Of a stretch of 64,000 bases of DNA, positions 39,601-47,653 are shown one piece after another. The stretch covers positions 64,001-128,000 of the IMG/VR virus record IMGVR_UViG_3300028591_000085, one strand, 5' to 3'. The DNA is from a virus. Lineage: Duplodnaviria; Caudoviricetes. The position numbers were made by a program, and so were the translations under genes. The stretch's first letter is position 1, and the number at the start of each line of letters is the position of its first letter. The notes under the pieces were generated by a model. It was not told the DNA's origin. It searched no databases and was given only the letters and a program-made list of their open reading frames with translations.

Positions 39601-41422
39601 TGAAGGAGACGCCACTACCGTTAAGATTAGTGATGTTAATGGATCACATAATAAGCCCAATGGTGTTATCGCTGCTACTCAGAAGTACGTTATCTCTACT
39701 TCTGGTACTACTGGTGCTCTTGAAGTAGTTGCTGCTACTGTTAAGAAGTACGTTATGAGTACTTCTGGTACTACTGGTGCACTTGAAGTAATTAAAGATA
39801 AAGAGTACGCTATGAGTACTTCTGGTACTACTGGTGCTCTTGAAGTAGTTGCCGCTTCTACTATCGATCCTATTGATAGTACTACTCAGATTAAGGAAGA
39901 TGATTCCAATCTGGTCGCAGATCTTCCCTCTGTTCAGGTAGGCGATTATGTAATTCTGCAAGATGTAACGCCGACTTCTACCCAGATTAAAGTTAACAAC
40001 GCAATTCTGAAAGAAGATCTTCCTTCTGTTCAGGTAGGCGATTATGTAATTCAGGAAGACGTTGAAAACATCGTTGACAGCACTACTCAGATTAGGGAAG
40101 ACAATTCCAATCTGTTAGCAGATCTTCCTTCTGTTCAGGTAGGCGATTATGTAATTCAGGCAGAAGTTGCAACGTATGTAACTGTTGAGAATAAGACTGT
40201 TCCTATGTACAAGAAGTATTCTATTGATGAAGAAGAACTTGAGTTCGACGGAAGCAGTGTAGATGACTTACTTGACATATTTAGCAAGGTTGGTACAACA
40301 TATCCTGCTAAGAACTTTACTAAGCCTGCTGTATATATTCCTGTAAATCAGACCGATACGATCTACCTCTATCCTGATGAGGATACTGGTAAGATGCCTG
40401 TCGATGATGATGAGAAGGGTCCTGTTATAAATGTTGATGGTAGTATCAATACTTCCAGGGTTGCCTATACTACTGATGCAATTCAGTGGACACTCCAGCA
40501 GGAAATTGATGAGTGCTTAATTAATGCATTCAACGGCACTTATGACAGAAAGATTCTTTCACCTAGAAGAATCCCTGTTGATGCTTGGTTTGATGCTAAC
40601 TACAGCTTTGCTGTTAAGCAGGCACTCTGTGAACTCGTTACTGCAAGAAATGATGCACCTGTATTCCTTGATACTGGTATTGAGGATAAGGTATATTCAA
40701 CTGAGAGAATGAATGCTCTCATCGATCAGTATAAAGAGTTCACGAATGATACTGCTAAGTACAATACTAAGCTCATCAGTAAGAACCTTCAGCACTATAA
40801 GATTAGAGAAGAAGGTACTATGAAGAGAGTAGATGTATCCATCACTTACTTCTTAGCTAAGAAGTTTGCTGAGCATGTACTTAATTATGGTACTCACTTC
40901 CCGTTCGTTAAGGGTAAGTGCGAGTTAAGTGGTCACCTCCGTGATACGCTTCAGCCTGCTCTTGAAGATTTCGAAGCTGAGAAGAAGGAGTTGTTATACA
41001 ATAACCACTTCAACTACTTCGAGACTCGTGCGGATAATATATTCCAGAGAGCTTCGCAGAGCACATCACAAGCTGAGCTTAGTGACCTTTCTGAGGAGAA
41101 TAATATCTTTACTCTCTATAATCTTAAGAGAATTCTTGAGAATGATATTCATGATAGTCTGTATGATTTTGCTGACGCAAACTCCAGACAGACATTCACT
41201 GCATTCGAGACAGCGAAGTTTGCTCCTTGGATTGGAACGAAAGTTCTGTCACTTAGCATTCACTTCGATGTAAGCGAATGGGAGTTCGATCATTCGATAC
41301 TCCACTGCTATGTAGCCGTAGTATTCCGTGGTCTCCAGAAGAGAGCTATTCTTGAGATTGATATCAACAAGAGAGTTTACGATGGCGAGACTGAGTCTGC
41401 TGCTGGTAATGTAGCTATCTAA
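36638..41422 (+). CDS. Contractile tail sheath protein with a large repeat-containing insertion
   Basis: N-terminal SPKG..FEATFG, RSAGRGVYGDNY, C-terminal FDANY..ARND..LSEENN; followed by the tube gene; high-expression codons. Confidence 0.85.
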   Translation: MPQSIQIVPKWSYPYVETIINDYSQVVDKTQVYPIDPVVTYAFPFVSPKGVDNTFVRKYSVSRFEATFGKSNYKKYGQPLMMPYAVLNNPNVYVWGMRVMPVNAAYSNNLITLKYRIDKKYDGVDPSQRKFRINFTQRALEDVNTNKEFIDVAYAIYKDPSRTHLQDDFDNPPVVGEYTLTQYIYMAGKDNPDAIREALKDPDVKMVVDDSVENLDDSQVHYSDVIATVYSKNEFELVTLQREVDEYRKEHEGNMTPENINKALSDKLDRIDELTPIVEKYRLNVDPDEVENTLEVQAIRNIEVGDYVKAYDWKIAPLMGVRSAGRGVYGDNYRIRISPNTNYEKEYGIKMFDFQILSMEEGLQTIASYTGALSSSDKYESITLINDILENADEGDVPVYVYVSEENLKVVYDEYVSFLKELHPDLIDERDYKLDRYTEAFRINKGLDVATAQLQMDKMIKGKQRAYSTDRIVIDDDEASKYFTLATMNDFRALEIVEDNRLYYDNTTMVKLSEVQGKIPNYIHVSSKAEGARLVVSNEFPAQSFRENKMIRIGSIDTSDRPVSINDYVAKTGVGNFVVRGIVKSTLEMVNEIKNLNNLINATLDKNIVDFDQFDPLYAQKVASSALIPCISFSDGVTTNGSIPIFAETSGIALKKGSDGYFADPRYVEILEDGDTNEPSIVYPYKWTHPVTTMIAPERIKVIRYEKIEYSVVDTKNVDDKGNPVENGVSYLEIIDNNAEDSKKGQIMLDEAKAMLESQGVDPDTAEAGKFLKSTPVYFEQVTKNEYTLYDRMYTGGKNKLQVIDNDDTKNYDIQTQVEKRDVIEGLNLKYTECLETDTDTGKLLIVQADAEDFNERSQIKENDATLIADLSADGKTPTVGKFVRKCNYMRCDSRRDGAIEVISEETTDTVPANKIKENAPGLRRDIPDIKVGEHVLRVMKSSIYVDDEDPLYVIKKVNSVPVHYREYTIVSADTAGALKVVADADFVEGDATTVKISDVNGSHNKPNGVIAATQKYVISTSGTTGALEVVAATVKKYVMSTSGTTGALEVIKDKEYAMSTSGTTGALEVVAASTIDPIDSTTQIKEDDSNLVADLPSVQVGDYVILQDVTPTSTQIKVNNAILKEDLPSVQVGDYVIQEDVENIVDSTTQIREDNSNLLADLPSVQVGDYVIQAEVATYVTVENKTVPMYKKYSIDEEELEFDGSSVDDLLDIFSKVGTTYPAKNFTKPAVYIPVNQTDTIYLYPDEDTGKMPVDDDEKGPVINVDGSINTSRVAYTTDAIQWTLQQEIDECLINAFNGTYDRKILSPRRIPVDAWFDANYSFAVKQALCELVTARNDAPVFLDTGIEDKVYSTERMNALIDQYKEFTNDTAKYNTKLISKNLQHYKIREEGTMKRVDVSITYFLAKKFAEHVLNYGTHFPFVKGKCELSGHLRDTLQPALEDFEAEKKELLYNNHFNYFETRADNIFQRASQSTSQAELSDLSEENNIFTLYNLKRILENDIHDSLYDFADANSRQTFTAFETAKFAPWIGTKVLSLSIHFDVSEWEFDHSILHCYVAVVFRGLQKRAILEIDINKRVYDGETESAAGNVAI
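39680..40174 (+). repeat. Nested A-A-A-B-B-B repeat array
   Basis: Three STSGTTGALEV half-modules followed by three TQI..DLPSVQVGDYVI half-modules with near-identical DNA. Confidence 0.9.
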
Positions 41423-41445
41423 TTAGTAAAGGAGGGTAAATTAAT

Positions 41446-42381
41446 ATGGCTAGCACAGAGAGCAATGGAATTAACCATAATGGTTCGATAATGCAGGGCG
41501 GACCCGCCATGAAGAATTTTAACGATGCTGAGATTACTAAGTATGCGTTATTCCTTGGTGGTACCAACGTTGCACATGATGTACTTGAGAAGTATGATCC
41601 GCTTAAGACTGGCTATGGACGTTTGTTCATGGTTCGTAAGCCGATCTTCGTAGATACGTTATTCAAGCAAAAGGACGGCGGAACTAATTTGATGGATGTG
41701 TTTAAGCACATTCTTGAGTATGGTAACACCGCTGTTTCAGGTCTTAACGATGTTAACGTTGAATTCGAGTCTCTCAAGGGTGGTTATGTAGGTAAATCTT
41801 TTGAGATTCCTACGTATGCCCAGGATAATACTAACTCGTTTAGTGTTAAAGTATATGAGTTCTCAGGTTCTCCGATTCGTGAAGTACTTCACACTTGGAT
41901 CAATGGTACAACTGACCTGCTCACAGGTTTAACAACCTACCATGGTTTAGTTAACAGTGATCTTCAGTCTAAACAGTCTAATCAGACGGCAGAGTTTATC
42001 TATGTTGCTACTGACAATACTGGTGAGAATGTCGAGTATGCTTGCTTCTTAGCTAACTGCTTCCCGAAGCAGATTAATACCGATGTATTTAACTATGAGT
42101 CAGGTTCTCACGGACTTGTTGAGACAACTATTGAGTTTACTTGCACTAAGTACGAGTCTATTCATATTAATAAGGTAGCTTGTGCACTTCTCGAAAGATA
42201 TAAGATGCTTGCCAACTCACTTAACTTCTACAGTGGTATCACTTATCAAGAGATTGGTAATGGTAAGTATTATAACGTAGAGAATGGACAGATTGTAGAT
42301 CGTGGTACAGGTAGCGGAGAATCAAAAGACCTGAAGAAGATTTCAGCTTCTGAAGTTAAACAGGATCATACCTCTGAGTAA
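41446..42381 (+). CDS. Tail tube protein
   Basis: 311 aa directly after the sheath; YEFSGSPI..WI, FLANCFPK, IEFTC. Confidence 0.75.
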   Translation: MASTESNGINHNGSIMQGGPAMKNFNDAEITKYALFLGGTNVAHDVLEKYDPLKTGYGRLFMVRKPIFVDTLFKQKDGGTNLMDVFKHILEYGNTAVSGLNDVNVEFESLKGGYVGKSFEIPTYAQDNTNSFSVKVYEFSGSPIREVLHTWINGTTDLLTGLTTYHGLVNSDLQSKQSNQTAEFIYVATDNTGENVEYACFLANCFPKQINTDVFNYESGSHGLVETTIEFTCTKYESIHINKVACALLERYKMLANSLNFYSGITYQEIGNGKYYNVENGQIVDRGTGSGESKDLKKISASEVKQDHTSE

Positions 42382-42405
42382 TATTAATTAAATTTATTAT
42401 AAAAA

Positions 42406-42447
42406 AAAAGAAAGACTGTGGGTGTAAATCCACAGTCTTTCTTTTTT
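42406..42447. terminator. Bidirectional terminator
   Basis: AAGACTGTGG...CCACAGTCTT with A and T tracts. Confidence 0.85.
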
Positions 42448-43108
42448 ATAATTCAAATCTGTCACTATTGTTCCACAGACTTCTATCATGATGAGTCATC
42501 CACCATGCCGTGAATTCAGGGCCAAGTACAGCCCCGAATTCTTCAATATATTTTATTATCGTGGGACACATAAAATAGTAGTCCCCATACATGTATAAGA
42601 ATGCTTTTATAATGAGGTCGCGGTCAAAACCCCATATGATTTCTTCAGACAGACCGCTTTCAAATTTTTCGAAAAGATGTTTAATGGTTGAATAAAGTTC
42701 ACCCATTAAATTATCTAGTTCATTTAAAGTAAGTCTCTCAAACCAGTCCCAATCCTCATCCTTTGATACCGACCATTCCGGGTCTAATAATCTAACTGCT
42801 GCGGATATCCATGTATCCTCCGCGGCTATAAGTACCTGTATGAGGTCTACTATGGCATTATTGGATAGCCCTGGACCATTTAAACCTATCCAATCTATGG
42901 GCACATTATCTAAATATACCCCATAGTGCTTTATTAACTTGCGAAATGTTTTATAAGAGTTGGTTCCTCTTTTGATATCCATCTCCCTATTTACCTCATA
43001 GATTTGTCTTCGTTTCCTATATTCCTCAAATCTATGAGGCTCAATATCATAGATTTTAATTAACTCCTTTATTTTTTCTTTTAATTCATTATTATTTTTG
43101 ATATCCAT
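42446..43108 (-). CDS. Accessory hypothetical protein
   Basis: 220 aa, AAGGAGG RBS, ATACACTAT motif at 43171-43179. Confidence 0.75.
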   Translation of the reverse strand: MDIKNNNELKEKIKELIKIYDIEPHRFEEYRKRRQIYEVNREMDIKRGTNSYKTFRKLIKHYGVYLDNVPIDWIGLNGPGLSNNAIVDLIQVLIAAEDTWISAAVRLLDPEWSVSKDEDWDWFERLTLNELDNLMGELYSTIKHLFEKFESGLSEEIIWGFDRDLIIKAFLYMYGDYYFMCPTIIKYIEEFGAVLGPEFTAWWMTHHDRSLWNNSDRFEL

Positions 43109-43183
43109 AATGGATTACCTCCTTAAAAAATTTCAGTGAACGTAGTGAACGAACGTATAAGACTATAAATATAGTGTATATAT

Positions 43184-43226
43184 AAAAAAAAGAATAAACG
43201 CTTCAGCATGCGTTTATTCTTTTTTA
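43184..43226. terminator. Terminator of the portal gene
   Basis: AAGAATAAACGC...GCGTTTATTCTT with A and T tracts. Confidence 0.8.
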
Positions 43227-43260
43227 TTTATTTAAGTATTATCGTTGTATTTATTACTAA

Positions 43261-45684
43261 TTATCCAAGGTCAACACCTTCAAGTCCATCGTCTTCTCCA
43301 TCATCACCATTGTTTGCCTTAGGTCTGATTTCATTCTCTTTAACTTCAAATTCAACTTTATCCAATATCTCTTTAATTTTATCCATGTTAAGCATTGGAA
43401 GCTGTTCAGCTGCATAAAGTTCTTTGAATTTGCGAATCTTTTTAGGTGTTAATGGATCTTCCGCTTGACCTGGGTCTTCAAACAGTATTCCTACTAAGAA
43501 ATCAGCTAATTGATTAAATCCATTAATAGCTTCTGACTTAGCATTGGTTGCTACTGTCTTGGGAGGCTGTAATACAAATTCAAAATTATCAATTAACTGT
43601 GGAGGAATATTTGTAGACCATTTTAAAATTTTTTTGTACATATTTGTTATACCTGAATTAAAATCAAGTTGATAGTTTACAACTCTACCATTAAATTTAG
43701 TATTGTTTTGCTCTACAACTTTAGCAAACTCTGCTTCATTTAAATAATTAACAATAGCTGCAGGTACACCTGTTCCTAAGATATAACTATTCTTGAGCAT
43801 TTCAAGTAAGTCGCTATTGAGCTGAACTTCTTGTCCTGATAATATCTCAGTTTCAACAGGTCTCTCACCACTCCTACCTACAGGAACATACATTTCTGAA
43901 CCATTACCAACCTTATTAATTAGAGTTGTATAATTAAATAAATCATACATATTTATCTGGCGTGATTGTTTTATTCTTGCTATTTCTTGAACTTTATTTG
44001 CAACATCTTTATCAATTCCAGATGTTTTAATGTAATTAACTTTTTGGTCATTGCTATTAAGAATAATAGTCATTATCTTAAAAAGAAGAAGCATTAAATA
44101 AAGCTTAGCATAGAATAATGATTTTTTTATCATTGATTGTCCATTACCATATTCATCTTCATCTATCTTAAATTCCTGAATATATTCAACTGGTATAAAC
44201 TGGAATTTTAATCTTTTTTCATTAAGATTATAATAATTAATAGCTTCTACAATAGTACGTTTGAATTTGATATTATCTTTTAAAAAGTCCTTATCAAAAC
44301 ACTCAACTATTCTCTTAGCTATTGAATCAACGATTGTTTGTTGTTTAGCGTGTTCGTCAAATTTGTTAAAATATAAAGTTGATGATATCATACCTGCTAG
44401 AGGAGTTATGTCTTCTTCTTGTACATAATAATACCCAATTACTTGATCCATAATTTTAATAGGTATTATTTTAGTAGGATCAATAAGTCTAATATAGCAG
44501 TCTTTAATATCATCAAAATTATTTTTAGATGATGAACCAGAATCATTTGAATCGTGGGTAAATGTAATACCTTTATCAGTATCTTTATCATTAATTATTT
44601 TATTAAAGAAATTATTTATTTCAGGATGATTTTTATCATCTTCAGTAAGAATCCTATCTCCTGTTTCATTGACATATTCTGACATATATTGATTAATGGT
44701 TGTATGTCCTTCTTCTAAAACAGGGAGAGGTACTGAATCATTACATATTGATATATTCTTAAGAATATTAGACACGTCTTCCATAAATGCATTTTTATCA
44801 ATTTCTTTTAATTCATTTTCTGATAAATTTGATACATATTCTGTATATAAATCAGATAAAAATTTATTAGCATTTTTATCTTTATTTGATGATTTAACTT
44901 TTTTTGTTATTACATCGGGTTCGCTTACACTTTCAAAAAGTGTTGTTTCTCTATAAAAGCGCCTACTTTCTAAATCATTATTTTTATTTCGCATAAAATC
45001 ATTAAATATCTTTGAATATGGGATTATGTATGCATAATATTCGCCATATTCAAGAGTTTTAGGAATTATAAAATTCTTTATTTTTTCAAGTAATTTAAAT
45101 CTTTTTTCAACAGACTCTACGATTGGAGTAGTATTATCTATATCATCTTGGTCAAGTTTATCAAACTTTATAGACCTAGACATTCTTCCCTCAACAACAT
45201 CTGCTGAAATAATTGCATCTCTTGTAATAAGAATAGCTTCACTAAGTTCTATTAACTGAGATGCTACTTCATGTAAATCGTTTTGTTCTAACAAACGATT
45301 TCGGTACATATCATACATAAATCCCTGTAATGATTGTGCCTCACTACCAGTCATACTTAAAAACTGGTTATCTAGCATATTACTATATGCTGTAGATTTT
45401 TTATCATTTGAATATAATCTATTAATAAATGAAGTTATATCAGCTTCATCTTTTTGAGTAAGATTATCTATTTCAGAATGTAATAAAGAACTAAATTTAG
45501 TATTAAGGTCATCTACGGCAGATTTTCTATCTGTACCATATAGGTTTAAATTTGCTTGACTTAAAAGTTTTTCAAGTTGTGATAAATTTTCTTTAGTTGA
45601 TTTTTTATTTAAAATTTCTTTAGCTGTTGTTAAGTCTTGAGTATCAGGCAATTTATCATTTTTATCTTTAGCCAAGATCATCAA
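43261..45684 (-). CDS. Portal protein
   Basis: 807 aa; TLEYGEYY; YVPVGRSGERPVETEILSGQ resembles the T4 gp20 clip region; GTGVP; late promoter at 45705-45716 (-). Confidence 0.75.
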   Translation of the reverse strand: MMILAKDKNDKLPDTQDLTTAKEILNKKSTKENLSQLEKLLSQANLNLYGTDRKSAVDDLNTKFSSLLHSEIDNLTQKDEADITSFINRLYSNDKKSTAYSNMLDNQFLSMTGSEAQSLQGFMYDMYRNRLLEQNDLHEVASQLIELSEAILITRDAIISADVVEGRMSRSIKFDKLDQDDIDNTTPIVESVEKRFKLLEKIKNFIIPKTLEYGEYYAYIIPYSKIFNDFMRNKNNDLESRRFYRETTLFESVSEPDVITKKVKSSNKDKNANKFLSDLYTEYVSNLSENELKEIDKNAFMEDVSNILKNISICNDSVPLPVLEEGHTTINQYMSEYVNETGDRILTEDDKNHPEINNFFNKIINDKDTDKGITFTHDSNDSGSSSKNNFDDIKDCYIRLIDPTKIIPIKIMDQVIGYYYVQEEDITPLAGMISSTLYFNKFDEHAKQQTIVDSIAKRIVECFDKDFLKDNIKFKRTIVEAINYYNLNEKRLKFQFIPVEYIQEFKIDEDEYGNGQSMIKKSLFYAKLYLMLLLFKIMTIILNSNDQKVNYIKTSGIDKDVANKVQEIARIKQSRQINMYDLFNYTTLINKVGNGSEMYVPVGRSGERPVETEILSGQEVQLNSDLLEMLKNSYILGTGVPAAIVNYLNEAEFAKVVEQNNTKFNGRVVNYQLDFNSGITNMYKKILKWSTNIPPQLIDNFEFVLQPPKTVATNAKSEAINGFNQLADFLVGILFEDPGQAEDPLTPKKIRKFKELYAAEQLPMLNMDKIKEILDKVEFEVKENEIRPKANNGDDGEDDGLEGVDLG

Positions 45685-45814
45685 CTCCTTTTACTATTTG
45701 CTATTAAGAAATTGTTTTTCACTGGTCTTTTTACATAATGTTAAATTATATAATATTTTATTATTAAATTATATAATATTTTATTATAATATATTTGTTG
45801 AAAGGAGAAAAAAT

Positions 45815-46441
45815 ATGTCATTAAAGTTTTTAGACATTGAAGAAGAATGTGAACAGAAAAGATTAGAAGGGTATAGGAATTTAATAAGTCTAATGAGTGA
45901 TACTAGTGATGATGATATTAACTCGCTATCCGACTTTGTTCGTAAATGGATTATACGTAATAAATATGATAAAAACCCAATACCTGAAAAATATTCAGAT
46001 ATAATAATGGACACATTTCCACTCATGGAAAAAATGATTCTAGCAGATACTGTAGGGTTAATAACAAAAATTATTTTTGAATATCTATTTTTGTATGAGC
46101 CTTTTTTCAACGAAGAAGAATACTCATTATTTTGGCATAAGGCACATGTTTCACGCATACCAAGTAATGCTCAGTGTATTCGTGAATATATTAGTTTTGC
46201 CGATGATTATCCACTATCACAATTTATGACAGATATAGTTGATTACAAGTTGGTAGCTAAATTTATTCATGACGTTTTATATATGATTCCATCATTCAAT
46301 ACAGCGAAATTTTTCGAAGATATTTCTAAAATAACTGAAGAAAAAAATAGATTAGAAAAAATGGGATTTGTAATTGAATTAAAGATGGAATTAGGAAAAT
46401 TAGCACAACAAAATAATTGCGATGAGCGATTTTCATTATAA
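45815..46441 (+). CDS. Hypothetical protein, paralog family (start re-called)
   Basis: GAAAGGAG RBS before MSLKFLD; similar to the next ORF. Confidence 0.7.
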   Translation: MSLKFLDIEEECEQKRLEGYRNLISLMSDTSDDDINSLSDFVRKWIIRNKYDKNPIPEKYSDIIMDTFPLMEKMILADTVGLITKIIFEYLFLYEPFFNEEEYSLFWHKAHVSRIPSNAQCIREYISFADDYPLSQFMTDIVDYKLVAKFIHDVLYMIPSFNTAKFFEDISKITEEKNRLEKMGFVIELKMELGKLAQQNNCDERFSL

Positions 46442-46516
46442 AATAATAAAGAGAAATTTATATAAATTTCTCTTTATTATTTTATAATATTTTTAATATA
46501 TTTAGGAGGTAATTAA

Positions 46517-47098
46517 ATGAATAAGAAGAAAGCTGCGTATAGGAAACTTGCTAACCTTTTGGGGGTTGGTAAATATTTCAATCTATCTCAGATTAATGTA
46601 GATAAGGCCATTCAATCGTATATTTTTAGAAAGTCGAGTGCTATTCCAAAGTATCGTGATAATATTTATGTATCATGTTGGTTTACCAATAGACTATTTA
46701 AAGAGTATCCTGATGAATTGATCTATCTGGGAATTATTTTAACACTAATGACACAAAAATATTTAGTGTTTAGGGAACCGTTCGTAACAACTGAAAATGA
46801 TATAAATATTATACATGAAAATGATATGTTTATACCAGATGAACAACATAAATTTGAAAATATTAGGTTACCCGATTGGATGATACCATGGCTGATGAAT
46901 GATGCTGACGAATCAGTACTTTCTATTATGAATAAATTCATAATAGAGGTTTTGTGTCAGATGGAGTATACTGATTTGGAGGGATTTCTTAATGAGTTTC
47001 ATTCAGTTATTTCAACAAGTACATCATTGGAAATAATAACTTTGATGCACAAGAATAGTGATGGAACACCTATTAATGATAATAGATTTTTATTATAA
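46517..47098 (+). CDS. Hypothetical protein, paralog of the preceding ORF
   Basis: YRKLANL/YRNLISL, YLVFREPF/YLFLYEPF, DNRFLL/DERFSL. Confidence 0.7.
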   Translation: MNKKKAAYRKLANLLGVGKYFNLSQINVDKAIQSYIFRKSSAIPKYRDNIYVSCWFTNRLFKEYPDELIYLGIILTLMTQKYLVFREPFVTTENDINIIHENDMFIPDEQHKFENIRLPDWMIPWLMNDADESVLSIMNKFIIEVLCQMEYTDLEGFLNEFHSVISTSTSLEIITLMHKNSDGTPINDNRFLL

Positions 47099-47303
47099 TA
47101 TTTAAAAGGAACTTGATATAGAAATATATCAAGTTTTTTTTATATTCGTTAAATTTATTTTTTTATTTATAACCAATAAATTTATTAGTAATATATAAAG
47201 TTATTTTTAATATACGATTTTATCAAGAAAAATTACTGAAAAATTAAAATAAAAATGATAACACACATTAAATTAATCCCTTAATAAATTTAAGAAAGGA
47301 TGA

Positions 47304-47576
47304 ATGATTATGGATTTAAAATTATATAGTACTGGTTGCCCTAAATGCAAAGTACTTAAAGCAAAACTTGATCAAAAAAATCTCGATTACGAGGTAATAA
47401 GTGATGAAGATTTAATGATTGAAAAAGGAATGCTGAGTGTTCCTCAATTAGAAGTAGATGGAAAAATGCTACTTTTTAAAGAAGCTATTGATTGGGTCAA
47501 TGGATATCAAGAGGCTTCTTCAGATGATCAAAATTATGAATGTAGCTCTTGTACAATTGATACTTCTTCAAAATAA
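47304..47576 (+). CDS. nrdH: Glutaredoxin-like protein (NrdH-like)
   Basis: LYSTGCPKC, SVPQLEVDG; adjacent to nrdD. Confidence 0.75.
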   Translation: MIMDLKLYSTGCPKCKVLKAKLDQKNLDYEVISDEDLMIEKGMLSVPQLEVDGKMLLFKEAIDWVNGYQEASSDDQNYECSSCTIDTSSK

Positions 47577-47653
47577 TTTAAATCTATAATCAAAGATTAC
47601 ATAATATATTATGTAATCTTTGATTTTATTCAATAGAAAGGTCGGATATAATC

